From assembly GCA_951406725.2 (NCBI GenBank), contig OX597817.1, positions 83,080,001-83,144,000 on the forward strand: 64,000 nucleotides of DNA, given 5' to 3'. Shown in pieces: positions 43,111 through 59,878 of this stretch; the first letter of the stretch is position 1, and every line of letters starts with the position of its first letter. Origin of the DNA: Octopus vulgaris. Taxonomy: Eukaryota. A model generated the notes under the pieces. The model saw only the letters and a list, made by a program, of their open reading frames with translations, was not told the origin of the DNA and did no database searches. A program made the position numbers and the translations under genes.

Positions 43111-43889
43111 GTTTCTATGTCAGCAATCTATCGATCATAAGGTTCAATATAAACAATTCGAGCGTTGGCTCGACTCAGATTTCAGACATGGTTGTAGTCT
43201 CTTCAATCTGTTACAGTATTATACTGACACATATTTTATCAATATCGAAGAGATAAAAATAAGCAAAATTCATCTCGATAAATTTGATCGCGAAACGTAA
43301 AACGTATTATCTTCCCTTCTCATGTCTCATTTAACTACTTTTGACAATCAAAATAATCATAACAATACATGGTATTATTTGCTAATTTATTCACCAATGT
43401 AAGGTCAAAATTCCAGGCAAGAAGGTTTTAAGTGGAACTGTGTCTATGCATATTAATGAGATGCTAATGACGACAAAATCAGGAAACGAAATTCTTCATC
43501 ATCTTAAAAAAATGTGTTTTTATTATTTTCCCATTTTATCCATCATCTTGCCGGAAGCTGTTGCAGTTTATTTACGTTTATATCTGTTTACGAGGCTTCG
43601 AGCGATTGCGAGCGGAAACTTGAAACACATGAGCAACCAAGCCTTTGATGTTATATATAACTCAAGCAGACCTCACACTACGGCCACTACGTCAGTCACT
43701 TATATTTTATTCTGCTAACATCGATATTTCAGTAAATACAGACACACACACACACGCGCGCACACAAAGACGCACAGAAATACACCACACACATGCACTG
43801 ACACATGCATACACACAGACACACTCATGGACACACAGATATATGTATAGGTATACACACGCATAAACATGTGTATAAACAGCATACAT

Positions 43890-43958
43890 ATACATGCGTG
43901 CATAAAGGCATACGTACGTGAATATATATATATACACAGACACACATACATACATACA

Positions 43959-44026
<68 letters not shown>

Positions 44027-44652
44027 CATGTATATTCATATATATATATGTATATGAATGTATGTGCCTATGCATGTATAAATATATGCGCATTAACATA
44101 CAAGTTCAGATACACAACATGTATATGTGCATGTATATAAACAAGCATTCCATACATATAGGCCGAGATGCATGTGTGTGCGTGTATGTGTGCGTGTGTA
44201 TGTGTGTGTGTGTGTATGTGTGTGTGTGTGTCTTCGTCTATATTCTCTGTTTAAGCGCAGGCACATTTATATATGACTACAGAAAACTTCAAAAACTTCT
44301 TTCAGTCTTTCTTTATTGTGAGTCCATCGAGTGTTCTCCTATTTCTAAAAGCCTGTTTTTTTTTTCAATATGTAACACAATTTACTTGAAAGAATTTGCT
44401 AAAATAATAGCACTTCAAGTTTAATATCGACTGAATTCACCTTTGTGAATTCGGAAACTAACACAAGCAGATGACGTTTAAAATCCGGCATTCGAGGAAT
44501 GGCGGACGTCTGCGTCTGCTAAAGAGATATCCATAAAAGTTCCTGAAAGGAAAATATATTCTAGAGTGTTCGTCAGGCAAATCAGGTTTTTGAAATATGT
44601 TTGCTTCAACGAACTTTGGCAGATGACACTTAACCGAAGCTTTTCGGTTGTT

Positions 44653-44725
<73 letters not shown>

Positions 44726-44880
44726 TGTATGTGTGTATGTATGTATGTATGTGTGTATGTGTATATATATTTATATATATACATACATATATATATATAT
44801 ACATACATATACATATATATATATGCATATATACATGCATGTATATATATATATATAGCCAGAAATATGTGTATATATAC

Positions 44881-44918
<38 letters not shown>

Positions 44919-45226
44919 TTACATATATACATACACACATACATACATACATACATACATACATACATACAGAAACATATAGACATCTACATACATATCT
45001 TAAGAACCTCATTAGCTTACAGCTGTTTCTGCTATAAGATGTTGTGGACTCATACTTGAGTGCCTGAATAACACCTTATATATGTACGTGTATTGAGTTC
45101 TACAACGGTTTATTGGTTTCGCAATACTTAAGCGAAATATATAAATACATACATATACGCATGCAAGCGTGTATACATATACGCATGCAAGCATGTATAC
45201 ATACATATATAAATACATACATATTC

Positions 45227-45273
<47 letters not shown>

Positions 45274-45276
45274 TGT

Positions 45277-45307
<31 letters not shown>

Positions 45308-45310
45308 CAT
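43890..45310. repeat. Compound (TA)/(TACA)/(TG) microsatellite blocks, with a small PLE-like end at ~45000-45080
   Basis: Direct reading. The minus strand has gaaacagctgtaagc (half hammerhead) at ~45015-45029. Confidence 0.8.
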
Positions 45311-46393
45311 ATGAACTTCAAATAATATTTACCTTTTTGACTGGAGTTTTGTGAGAATGAGATCTTCACCTGAAGACTGCAGCGACGTTAAGCTCGAGTC
45401 AGGAGACAATCTCTCAGCTTCAGTTTCAATTAAAGAATCATGCCCTTAACGACATATACTGAAGATTCTCCTTTCTTATTCATACGTCATAAAGGAGCAT
45501 AGTTACACACATACACACACATAAACATACATACACAGACACAGACACTCACCTATATGAATACACGTATGGGTGTGTATATATGTATACATATTTCAAA
45601 TGATATATGGAATGTATAAATAAATACATATATAGAAATTACACACACATACACACACATACAAGAAGGTTAAGCATGGAGAAAGCCACATCTTTAACTG
45701 GTGATTACACCGTACATTACGACTGAGCGTTTCTATGGTGCCAGCATATTCAGATATAGAAGAACGTTAATAAATACCAGTGAAATTAATATATACGAAA
45801 ATATATAAAACTACGTTATTAACGCAATCCAAAATGGGCTAAATTCAAAGTGAACTGAGAAAATATTTCTAATATCTAACTATATGCTGGTGCAATATGC
45901 ATGATTGTCGGTAATGTGTAGTGGAATCATAAATCAAAGATTATTTCTATTTTTGTCATTCTTGTTCTTGTTGTCCTATACACCAAATTTCTTGAAAGTT
46001 TTCCAAACGATATTTGGATTTAATTGTCATACATGGAGACTTACCTTGGATGCTAATTCAATTTCAGCTTATTGGTATCTGACTGTTTCATATAGTTGAC
46101 CAAGTTCGTTTAACACAGTGCTTTCTAGCAATCTGCCTGGATATGTTAACTCCTTTTATTTCTGATGTATATATGTAAATGTATGTGTATATGTGTGTGG
46201 AGACAGAGTGAGAGAAAGAGAGAGAGAGAGAGGAGAAAGAGAGAGAAGCAAGAGAATAGAGAGAGAAAGAAAGGTGAGAGAAACACAGACGTAATAAATG
46301 TACGGTTGTTCGTGTGTTGGCTTTCATTTTTCAACTATGTCTTCTCTATCGCTATATTTTACTTGAATATTCCCCAGTAATTTACAGGTTTTA

Positions 46394-46425
<32 letters not shown>

Positions 46426-46837
46426 ATTATATATTATATTTTATTATATTTAGAATAATAAAGTAGTCAGAGTGTTGGATGATTATATATATTTTTATTT
46501 ACTTTTTATTTACATATTAGTGCTCTTCCGTTATTGAATTTATCAAAAAGTGATTGAAAGTTAGATCTCTTAGCATGTTTTTTTACATAAAAACACCAAG
46601 AAATCTTACTTTTAACCACGTTATGATATATCTGATAATTGAAGAAAGCGCTAAAAGTGTGAATAAAATATAGATAAAAATGTATATAATCATCCAACAT
46701 TCTGACTACCTCATTATTATATATATGTATGTATGTACCCTGCTTCTTACCTTCTTTCCTGAGCGTCCAATAATACTATATGTGTTCCACGTCCTCGCGT
46801 TGTTGTGTTTTTTTTGTGCTTTCTTGTTTGGATTAAC

Positions 46838-46893
<56 letters not shown>

Positions 46894-46905
46894 CATATAT
46901 AACAT

Positions 46906-47006
<101 letters not shown>

Positions 47007-47064
47007 ATTAGTGAATGGAAGAAATGGAGTTGAACGAAGATTGTACAGAATTCCTTTTATTACA

Positions 47065-47144
47065 TTCTACACATGTTTCAAAGGCCACAATTTTCCAAAT
47101 TCTGATTAAATAAGGATACCATATTGCAGCTTTCTCTTCAGGAA
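47065..47144 (-). ncRNA. Type I hammerhead ribozyme (left arm)
   Basis: Reverse complement: ttc-CTGAAGA-gaaagctgcaat...attgtggccttt-GAAAC-atgt-GTA-gaa. Confidence 0.75.
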
Positions 47145-48156
47145 AAAGCAGGAATTACGTTGACAGAACAAAACAAAACAGAAGCACAGCAAAGCAATTC
47201 GAACGAGGACGCTCCTTAAGAGCTCATGGTTAAACTGTTTATCAATGTACGTTGGTGGGGGCCGACAAAAGGTCCATTAGAATACTTACAGGTCAGGCCG
47301 CAGTCAAATCTAGTAGGTGAGGAATTAATGAGAACAAGGGGTTTGGAGATGTTCTGTGTGACCAAAACTAATGTTCTGAAGGGGCAGAAGGAGGTGTAAT
47401 CTTTGTAACTCTGAGCTTTTCCACATATTGTTCGCCAGAGGCCGTTTGGTAAACGGGCTTTTACAGACGGCTTTTCGATGTCCCCATTGGCGGCGTCATA
47501 CTTTTCTTACATATAAATGACACCTAAGACAATTAACACCTTGTTACCCTATTAAAATGAAAATAATTTTTGGAAATAATTTTGGAAAAAACTTTAAAAA
47601 AAATCTATGAATAACTCTTGCAAGGGGAAATTACTCCCATTAGGCGATTGGTCGGTTATTTTTGGAAGCAAACGCTGGAATTATATATACCCTTATGATT
47701 CTTTGACGATGTTAATTTTTAGACAAGCAGGCCTAGACGAACACACGAACACAGAATTTTTTCAGCCGCCTGACAGGTTTTTTCAGCAGTGCTCATTATC
47801 TAGCGCCCCTCGCCAACATACGGCCGCGCACACATAGGCTAGTATACACATACATGCTTTTAGGTAGGTTTTGTCTCGCCCCTAAAATACACCCTGTATT
47901 CTTAAAATATTCAGAACATTAGTTTTGGTCACAGAACATCTCCACACCCCTTGTTCTCATTAATTCCTCACCTACTAGATTTGACCGCGGCCTGACCTGT
48001 AATTATTCCAACGGACCTTTTGTCGGCCTCCACCAACCCCCGATTTCAACGTACATTGATAAACAGTTTAACCATGGGCTCTTAAGGAGCGTCCTCGTTC
48101 GAATTGCTTTGCTGCGCCTCTGTTTTGTTTTGTTCTGTCAACGTAATTCCTGCTTT

Positions 48157-48236
48157 TTCCTGAAGAGAAAGCTGCAATTTGGTATCCTTATTTAATCAGA
48201 ATTTGGAAAATTGTGGCCTTTGAAACATGTGTAGAA
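48157..48236 (+). ncRNA. Type I hammerhead ribozyme (right arm)
   Basis: ttc-CTGAAGA(48160)-gaaagctgcaattt...aaattgtggccttt-GAAAC-atgt-GTA-gaa. Confidence 0.75.
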
Positions 48237-48475
48237 TGTAATAAAAGGAATTCTGTACAATCTTCGTTCAACTCCATTTCTTCCATTCACTAATTATATT
48301 AAACTTCAATTATCCGCACCAACGCACGGTTGCAACACCAAATGGTCTTATCTCCAACCGTGTTTTTTTCTGCTGTGATTTTTGCTACCCAGGTATCGGT
48401 TAAACTTTTGAATAATCTGTAACAAGAAAATTCATCTTTCTATTTCAACAAATATATATATATGTATATATATAT

Positions 48476-49370
48476 GCTAAATACGATGAGATAGCAAGGC
48501 CAAGGCAGTGTGATATTTCTATGACATTTATAAAGAGAAAGGTAGTCTTACAGCTGTTTTAGGGATATAAAAGATATCCCATCATCAGAGACGAAATGAA
48601 AGAGTTTCAATAGAAGAAAATAGTAGAGTTCATTATATAGCAAGTTATTTTGGAAATAGCGAGATAGAGGAAGTATAAAGGGAAATATGAGAACAAAATA
48701 AAATATATATGTTGGATTTTAAAGTTGCTCTTCCGTTATGTAAGGAATGTACTGTGTAGAATGGGTAAAGAGGCTTTTTGTCCATAGTATGTAAATTCCG
48801 ATAGGTGTTCATATTTTGTTATTTCAAATGAATGGTGTGCAGATATTAATTCCGTGTGTTGCTCATTCAAAAGGATCTTGTAGTGTAAATGAAATTTTGA
48901 GAATTAGATAGAGAGAAGAGAATAGATAAGTATGTTAGAAAGAAGAAAAATGTTATTCGTCAAAGATTAGGGGAGGAAAGAGGAACGGGAAAGAGAAAAG
49001 GAAAAAAGGAGTGCTAGATGGTGGTCAAGATAGTGTGAGGGAGTGGGGAGAGGAGAGCTATCAGTAGATAAAATGAATAAGGGGAGGGTTAGAAAGAAGA
49101 GATAAGAACGTGAGGAAGGTATATCTATGAGAAGTTGGAGGTGCGGTGATATGTTTGAAAAGACACTAAGGTGGAGAGATAGATAAAGAATATGGTACAG
49201 AGTGGGGTACTAAAAGTGAGAAATAAACCTCAAAAAGGAAGGAGAGAATAAGAAGATATAATGGTTAAGTTTCTAAAAATAGACGTCGGCATTTATATGA
49301 AGTCAGAAATTGTACTACCTAAGGTGATAGTGGGGACTAATAAATCAGTGAGAGACAGAAAATTATACAT
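48476..49370 (-). mobile_element. PLE 3' region with mutated hammerhead (48545-48592)
   Basis: Reverse complement: gtct-CTGATGA-tgggatat..atatccct-AAAAC-agct-GTA-agac (GAAA mutated to AAAA). Long pyrimidine-rich region like that of the 9877 element. Confidence 0.65.
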
Positions 49371-49424
49371 ATAGATATACGCACACACATATGTATATAA
49401 ATGTGTATACATGCACTATTATAT

Positions 49425-49660
49425 AGGCCATTAGAAGTCACTAGAACCACCAAAAGAGAAAAGGAAGAAATCAAACAAGAGGAGAGAAAGAATCGACAAA
49501 ATCAGCTCGTACTCCACCAACATTGCCATGCACTCAATGCTCTTCTGTGCAAGAATTGGTCTACAGAGTCATCGATAGCATCACCATGAAGGAAACGTTC
49601 AGCAAAGAAGAAACTAAATTCTCGGATACGAGATAAACCCACCGCCGCCGCCGACGACGA
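49425..49660 (+). mobile_element. RTE LINE 3'-end fragment
   Basis: PPTLPCTQC..FCARIGLQSHR*HH (C-terminal CCHH motif ARIGLxSH) followed by a (GCC)n(GAC)n tail. Confidence 0.65.
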
Positions 49661-50344
49661 TATGTACCCTCTCGGATAGTACTCAGATCGGAATGTGACT
49701 TGATGTACAAGAATATATAAATAACAAGTGACATAAATTAGAAGGTAAGGTCCTTGAGAAGCAAACCAACGAATCAGTTAATTGCAGTTTCAGTTACACT
49801 ATTAATCTCGTATCTTTTACAATTAGATTTCTTTATAACTGATGTAAATACGCGTTAGATATAAAATCGATTCCCTAGTTATAATCATAGTTAGATTTAT
49901 TCCAAACCACATCTAATGCATAATTCAAACCTTTTTAATGCCATAAGGGTACAGACAGACTCATTGTATTTAGGTACAGACGGACAACGAAGGATAAAAC
50001 AAAAACTTGATTATTTCAAAGAATTACGATTCTCAGCAATCTATTCTGAATAACACGAAAAATACGCTCTAAAAGATTTAGTTTTTTCTTCCTATGAATA
50101 ATTCTATTTTACTGTTCAAATGAATCATTGAATCTAATGTTTTCCTGAAATACTCTTGTCTTGTCCATTATATAACGTTCTAAGATATATCTCAGACAAT
50201 GAAAGATTTCACTTAACCAGGCACCAGTTAACAGAAAAGATTTCCAGATGATGACTGCACTTAATCAAAATATATACTTTGGATGAAATGCATAGCACAA
50301 TTAACAGAAAACATGTGCATTGTACCAGATATTTGCAAGTGGTG

Positions 50345-50828
50345 TTAATAATAATAATGGTAATAATGAAATTATTGTATACAGTGCTCAGGTGCACCAC
50401 AACTTGTCAGAAAGTGAGTATAAAGTGTATGCAGTAATGTACAAATGTCTGGAAAGCGAAAAATGTATGAGTCAGATACATGCTTGTGTGTGTATGGAGG
50501 GGAGGAAATCAGGTGTAGTGTTGGCGAATCTCAGAAAGCATGGACGTTTTGAAGGATGCAGTGCTCCGACAATTAACAACCGATGCCGGTTCCATGCTTC
50601 AGCAACTCTCAGCGTGAAAAAATGTTTCCTAAAGTCATGGGAGCTGTGCTGCCTTCTAACTTTGTAAATATGTCCACGGGTGTTAGACGGGTGGAGTTTG
50701 AAAAGGTGCTCAGTGTTATTGTTGGTAAGATGGTTAATAATTTTATGGGTGTCTGCCAAGTCAGCTGCCAGACGTCGGAGTTTCAATGTGTCCATGTCCA
50801 GAGAAGTAAGGCGTTCAGAATATGGACG
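50345..50828 (-). mobile_element. CR1-type LINE 3'-end fragment
   Basis: TLKLRRLAADL..THKII...SNTRGHIYKV...RKHFFTLRVAEAWN, followed by an (ATT)n tail. Confidence 0.85.
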
Positions 50829-52471
50829 TTAGTGGACGAAAATGAACTTAGTACTTGACCCCGTAAGAGAATTAAGAAAAACTGATCTGAGCGTTACTTT
50901 TACACAGAAGCTAGTAAAATTATTTTGTTGAACGCCGTAACACATCTGTCAACCACTGTTATTGCTCCCAGTATATTAAGTGTAGATATATTTTAAAATA
51001 GAAATAGAGAAAATAAGCCCTACCTTTTGATTAAACTTAAAATGTGGTAAAGTGCATAAACCAACTGTTACAAAATATTTCTAGTCAGAGCAGGTTAACG
51101 GAGGCGACATTTGGCCAGGGGGTGACCAAATGGATTTGTATCTACCAAAGACCCTATGCACCAACAACACAATCATAGCGAAAATGTGCCTAGTTAAAAG
51201 CGTCGAGACAAGAGACACGATACTGATGATATAAGATAGAATGGCTGGTTGCTATATTTATAAACACAATTGAGGTGAATGCTCGGAAAAACTGGGAAAA
51301 TTAAGCAAAGCAAGGAAAATATAAGCAGCACCCCACTCCGCCAGTTTCAAGACTACCACCAATTAAAACTCAGGGGATAGCAAAGGGTATTTCTTTAGCT
51401 CTACTATCATAAATAGGCAGCCAATCATCGATAACAAATAATACCTGCCTGTAGTATCACTTTCAGCTGGCAATGAAGCAATAATTACAGTTGAAAATCA
51501 CCAAAGGCTTAGTAAAAAGCGAAGTGGAAAAGAAGACCTAGCCTTAAAACAGCTGAGACAATTTCTTCTGGATGACACCTAAGCCCTACCCCAGGTAAAG
51601 AACAGTGAAAATTAATAGGAAGATGATGAAATATTGTGTCAGAAAGTGAAACGTCCAAGTTACATTTGTTGTCTTCGTTGTAGGAATTGTGGATATTTCT
51701 TTTACGTTTAATATCTAGCAGTGATAGAGTGATATTGTGTGACTGGTATTGTTGCTCGTGTAAGCTCATTCAGGCCATTTCTCTTTCATTGGAGCCAAAA
51801 CTAATTTTTATTTATGTAGAAACATTTAATTCCTGGACGTAGAGGCCAATTCAAGTTATTCTTTTCGAGTCGTTCGCCCTGGCTGACTTATCTGATCTGA
51901 ACATGTCTATCTTTGCTACTATTTTAGACCTGAAATCGAATGCATTTTCTGATGAAAAGGACGTTACTCTGAGGAGACTGTCAAGCTGAGATACTTTTCA
52001 ATATGAAATTTAAAGTCGAACACGAATAGAATATAACAGATGACCTATAACTTCTATCTTCTCATGTATTACCAAAACCTTGTATTTATATTAACTGACT
52101 CTAAAGTCACAAGTATAGGATGAGATGGAGGACAGATTTACTGTGAACTGGAAATATCCGAGAGGCGTGATGTCATTGCCTTTTCTCTACAGATGTTTTA
52201 AGGAAATTTACTAAGGGTTTCTTTTCGTAAACCAGTGGTCTTAGATTTAATCAGTGACCATCTTGTAGGTAAAATCATTCTTTACGCGTATTTCGTATAA
52301 TCTAGCAGATTCTTGCTTATAAACAGCCAGTCAATTTTTCATAGAATTTGTATTTACATCTTCAATACAGGAAGTAATTCTTTGTCCAAACACACACACA
52401 CACACATTCACACACAGACGCGCATGCATGTGTTTATAAAATATATATCATATAAATATATATATATATAT

Positions 52472-52596
52472 ATCACCGTGACCGTGACCGTGACCTACCA
52501 GGCTATCAGATGTTGCTACACATCATTGGTCACAATGCGCTTCGCATTGTTTTAGCCTTCAAATGACGCCACCCCGCTGGATAAGCGAGCAGGCCA
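52472..52596 (-). repeat. Probable SINE/LINE 3'-tail fragment
   Basis: GC-richer island in (TA)n ending in (GGTCAC)3. Confidence 0.4.
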
Positions 52597-52639
52597 TATA
52601 TATATATATATATATATATAGATAGATGTGTGTGTGTAT

Positions 52640-53330
52640 GTATGTCAATTCTTGAATATGGTATGAATTCTTCAAAATTGTTTTGAAGGATGACTTTATT
52701 TGACAGTGCACTATCTCACTATCTCAAATATTATTTTGAACGTTGCCAATACCTGGGTTCTACTAGCCTCCACAACTATTCTAAACAAATCATGGATTAG
52801 ATGTTGCCTTGTGGTTGCAATTTCTGTTGTTGCTACATAATCTACCATATGTTTGCTATGTTTATCTTTGTTTTAAAAGTTTACTTTTATTGTCGCAACA
52901 CCTACTTCTCTCCTGTTACTACATAGTCATTTTGGGTTAGTTTTAAGTATTACCTTTGCAGTCGTGGTTGTTCAGTGTTTAGATTATATCTTATTATCCT
53001 ATGGGATGGACTTTTTATGTTTGTTTTTTTTCTGAAGATAATCCTAATCACCTGGAGTATGTTACTATGCTTCCTACATAGATTATTTATTCTTCCCTTT
53101 TACCCCCATTCTCCTAATCGTCTATTCTGTATTAGTTACATTTATCTTTTGCAACGGTACATTCTGTATTAACACGATATTTCTGTTATGAGTATGCAAA
53201 CATATGGGGAAACGTTTAACTCCCTTACATCAATGGATATTCAGCTTTATTATACTGAGCTTCGTTATTAATTTTTTATAGGAACCATCAATCAGATAAG
53301 AGTTTTTTAACGACTATAATATTCATAAAA
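52640..53330 (-). mobile_element. Very decayed Naiad-like PLE fragment
   Basis: Faint resemblance to the linker/endonuclease of the 9877 element (IIKLNI.. vs ILWLNIP; KRFP vs KNFP). Confidence 0.25.
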
Positions 53331-55784
53331 GTTTCATTAACTTAGTTTAGCTATGTCAGTCCTATGTAAATAGTATATCGTAACCCTTCATTAGTATTGC
53401 TACATTTTTGTTTTGTAATATAGGATAAATATTTTGGATAAATATTTTGGCACTAATAAAATAATGATATCGTAGGGAATTATGCTGTTTGGTATTAGTT
53501 ATATCTACATTATTGACATTGTTATTTTTATGCTTATTGTGCTTTTAACATTACAACTATTAACAAGGCTGCTAAATTTTCTTCTATTCACAGATAATAT
53601 ATATGAGTTTATGTGAAGTGTTCTGTGGAAGAAGGGAACATTTAACATTTTACAACTTTGCTTCAAAAGTCGTTTGAAGTTTTACAAACAATGTAGATGT
53701 TTCAGCTTTGTTGTTATTGTGATTTAGTGAATTATTTATTTATACGTATGTATGTGATCTATTATTGCCTAATAAGTGTTGATGTATTGAAACAAAAAGA
53801 CAATTGAATTTTTAAAACTTATATCTTTTTAATTTACAACTAGGTTATAGATTTGCTTGTTTAGGAAATAGAATACGTTATCAAACATGGATATATTAAC
53901 AGAAAATTCAGTATTTATTTCTATTTGTTTATATATATTTATGTTATTAGTGTAATTTGTTGTTTACATCGTCGCCTAATGTTGTGGTGCTTGATTCGGC
54001 AGGTTCTGTGTTTACTAATTCTGATAGTGATTCGCTGCATTTGTAATCATCAAACGTGTCAATTATTTGAGGTCTTCCATTTTTTATATTGATAGCAGTT
54101 CATTTTGAGTGTATGCTAAGATAGGTTGAATGAACTGGCATTATAGATTTTTTTGGCCTCTGTGCAATCTGACAGGATATTAATTATCAGCGATTGTATG
54201 ATAATCAGTGGCAATGACGTATGGTTTTAAAATCAAATATTAAATTTCTTGCATCAATAAATTCAACAGCTCCTGATTTGTTCTTCACAATGCATAATTT
54301 CAGGACATCAGCCTCAAGAAAATTGCTCTGTTTCGTTTCTACGACTAGAAAATGATGCGAAACGGCGATAGTTATTGCTGTAACATAATCCTTTTCGGTA
54401 TAAATTACATTACTGTAATACTTTTTCTTATTTCGTTTAATTTGGCCATTGTGCATCATAGAGAGCTATCGTGTGATCAGCAAAGTAGATAAATGTGTTC
54501 AATATGGAGCAATGTTCAAGAAAGACTTTTTTAAGTACATCAGTTCTAAATTCATATTTTTGTTTTATTTGAAAATGCTTACAAAGTTCTCTAACCTCAC
54601 AGTCGCTATTTTTCCTAATATAAAGATGTATAAAACTTGCAGATTCAGTAGTTCCTACGTACATGATAGGTTGATTCATTGTATGGTTGAAAAGACTCAA
54701 ATTGTACATCTATAACCTAGATTTATAATAAGCTATATCAGAGCTCAGTCTTGGTGTGAAGCTTACTATAGGTTTACACAGATTGCTAATATACTAGGGT
54801 CATCATTTAATTTGAACGAGTTCAACAGATTCCTGGCATCGCTCGCTGTATCCACGTAAAAATCTAATCTTTGTCCAATGGAATTCCACGACCCCACATC
54901 ATGCGCATTCTCAATTGAAACTTTAAATTTGTCGCAGATTTTACAAATATTAGATTTTGGTTGGTGAATATGTATATTATTTTGCGACATCAAAATTCTT
55001 CTGTAATAATCCATGCTAACAATTTCCTCTTCGGAACTGTTATCTAACATACACACATTATAATCCAGGTACAAATTCTTCATTCAATTAGTAGCACCTG
55101 AAGCCTAGAATTACCTATCAGGAGAATATGCTCGTGAGCAATGACTTGTGAATGTAGATAACTTTTCAACGCGTTTCGTTACTCTATTCAGCTTCACATC
55201 GTTTATCTTATTTCTTGATATATGTTTCCCTTTTAGATCCTTCTCCTTGTTCATTTTGTTTTCTTACAGCATTCCATACGCTTTTATTTGATAGTTCATG
55301 AATACGTAGGAATGCTTTCCAGCAAATTTGATGAACTTCACTTTCAGATAATCTATATATATAAAACTGAGAATGTGTGTCTGTCTGTCTGTGTGAATGC
55401 CTAAAACTTGAGAACTGCACAACCAATTTCATTCAAATTTTACACATGCCTTACTTAGAGCCCATGTAGTGTCATGGGCAAAAAACTTTTAACTTCTTGC
55501 CTAGGGCGAGTCCACAGCAATACCATATATTCTCCACTATTTCAGTATTACGTGTCAAAAGTGAAAGAAAAACAGCTCTCTATTGTAATGTTAGATATTT
55601 TCACTTTAATACTGAAACTATTAATTAAAGTGAAACTATTATATAACAGGGATGAACTGTAACTTGACATCCATTCTGCTAGAAGATCTGTTATGGTCTT
55701 ATATGCTACACCACTGGTTTTACATTCATACTAATCAAATTTTATATTACATTTTTCACCCTTATTATTTTAAATTTAAATTTA

Positions 55785-55834
<50 letters not shown>

Positions 55835-56033
55835 TACATATAGATGTATATATACATAGATGTATACATATAGATGTATATATATAGATGTATATATATA
55901 TAGATGTATATATATATGTGTGTATATATATATATATACATGTATATATATATATATGGATGTATATATATATACATATATATGTATAGATGTATTTCTG
56001 TAGATATAGATGTATATGTACACATGTATGAGT

Positions 56034-56068
<35 letters not shown>

Positions 56069-56172
56069 TGTACATGTAATATGTACACATATATATACAC
56101 ATATATATACATGCATACATATATACACCCATACACACATACACACCCACCCATATACACACACACATACAT

Positions 56173-57620
<1,448 letters not shown>

Positions 57621-57624
57621 TCTA

Positions 57625-57717
<93 letters not shown>

Positions 57718-57738
57718 CTCTCTCTCTCTCTGTCTCTG

Positions 57739-57770
<32 letters not shown>

Positions 57771-59878
57771 ACACCCTAATGGGCACCTTAACTCCCAAAT
57801 TTTAGTCATTTCTTTTAAGATCCAAAACTAGGTCAAAAGTGCTGAATGGATCTTAATGAAATTTGGAAATCATATTCTATGCATAAGGGCTATAACCCAT
57901 GGCAATTCATATATTTTTGCTGTTGATGAAATTCTAATCACAGATATTAGACACAAATTAAGTAATATTTATAAAGATTCATCTTCTTATAAGTTAGAAA
58001 GACACCTCCATGGGGACTTAACACCCGCAATTTTGTCATTTTGTCTAAGCAAAGACGAATACCGTTGTACTCTGGGAAGCTTTAGGGTTACCCAAGCATA
58101 AAAAGATCAGCATTATTTGTAATTCAATGGTACAACAGTGTAACATTTTGCTTTGACATACACTTACAGTGTGATTTCTGCAATGTGGTGCATAAATTGT
58201 CAAGTAAATGAGAGGCATGTTTGCCTCCACTGATTCAGTTGCAAAGTGTTGAGTAAAGTTATTTGATTGCAGACCTCCTTTCAGTCTTTTTATTATCACT
58301 GGGTCACGCATAGTCCCCACATGGTAACATTGATTCCAAGGCCTTCCCAGGTGAGTGACTGTTTATTGAAAGACATTTATAGATTGTAAATTTATTCTGT
58401 CCAGTTATGTATCAGTATAGTGATCATTTGCAAACTCCAGAGGTAACACTTTAATTTCTCCTTAGCCCTCACGTCACACAGTTGTTAATGTTGATTTCAG
58501 CTGGGTGACACCCTTCCAATTGCTATAGATTTGTAATGCATCTTACGGCTGTGCCTGTCACCTGCATGGTGAGGAATCCTACATTGGGAGTGGTAACGAG
58601 TAGGGTAGGTTAGCTGACTGCTTATTGTGATCATTCGTCTTTTGGTTTCCTGTAGCTTTGCTCCCTTTTACAAACCCAGTGAACATATATTTCCTATTTC
58701 AAAGAAATTCAAACAATAGATATAAGTCCCAAGTCAAAATGATTCTCAACAATTCAACTTCTCTGCTTGACATTAAGACATCCACTCCCAACAGGGGCCT
58801 TAACTGTCACATTTTAGAGCTCCATGACCTTCATTTTCCAGGTGCAAAATCCTTTTAACAGGTTCAATAAGACTGGAATTCTGGGATGTGCGCATAAAAA
58901 TCAGAAGTATGGGATACATGTAGCACGATTACAATTTTTTTATGGTGTGTAAAGAAGGAAATAACCCTCATCAGCAATTTTGATGGAATTCGAAACATAG
59001 ATATTCCAGTTCATTACAGAAAGTATAACAGAAAATTCTAATTCTTCAATTGAATATAACGCGGGCAACGCCAGGTATCTCTGCTAGTACAATATGTTTT
59101 TATGTTTCTTTTTTGACTTCCACCTTGCTTCTTATAAGTTCGTTCAATGGCATATCTACATACAAATTTTAATATGTATAATATATCATGTCTGATCATC
59201 ATAATTACTTATATGCCACAAATAATAAAATATTTTCGAAAGTCCTTGGAATCTCCTCCAACTTTAGGGAATCACAAATTTCTTCATGTGAAGAAATTTG
59301 TGGTCCTATAATACTTTACTGACTCTGTTGTTTGTATAAGCACTTACATATTCCTGTTCAAAATTTCTCATGTACGTCATTTTCTTTACTAATTTTCTTT
59401 TTTTTCTGTTCTCTTCCTTCTTTTCATGGCTGAAGAGTTCTAAGTGTATGTTTTTACAGTTGCAGATTCCATTTTCAAAATTAAAGTGAATTAACAGTAC
59501 ATTTGAAAGAAATAATGAATTAAGAAAGAGAAAAGAACCTGAAAGAAATGAAAACAAAATACAAGTGCACCAAATACCTTAACTACACAAACTTAACTAT
59601 CAGGCGGCTATTTGTCGCTACAACGCTTGGAATCCTTTGTGTCACACCCTTCAACTTAAATTTCAATGTGAAAGATTATAAATTTAGGTCTATTACTTTG
59701 CATGGATGAAAATAAGTTTTCAAATATACACTTTAAGATTTAAAAAAAAAGCGGATTTTGAATTTTCTTGAATATTTCTTTGCTCTACCGAACGTTTCAT
59801 GTAACGTCGAATTCTAATTTCGTCAAAGAAAATCTTCTGTTACTCAATGTGCTGCTTTGGTTCACATGGCTGAATATA

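Noticed and set aside
43707-45354. Many ORFs rich in YI/HT/CV, and poly-E/S/L/R ORFs at 21827 and 60334
   Set aside because: Translations of microsatellites.
52193-52268. Plus-strand exon candidate (also an acceptor near 33105)
   Set aside because: Stops in all frames and no partner exons; likely chance.
58290-58460. PIF1 helicase motif resemblance (MSFNK..GL..GLCV)
   Set aside because: Weak, and on the strand opposite to the Helitron orientation.
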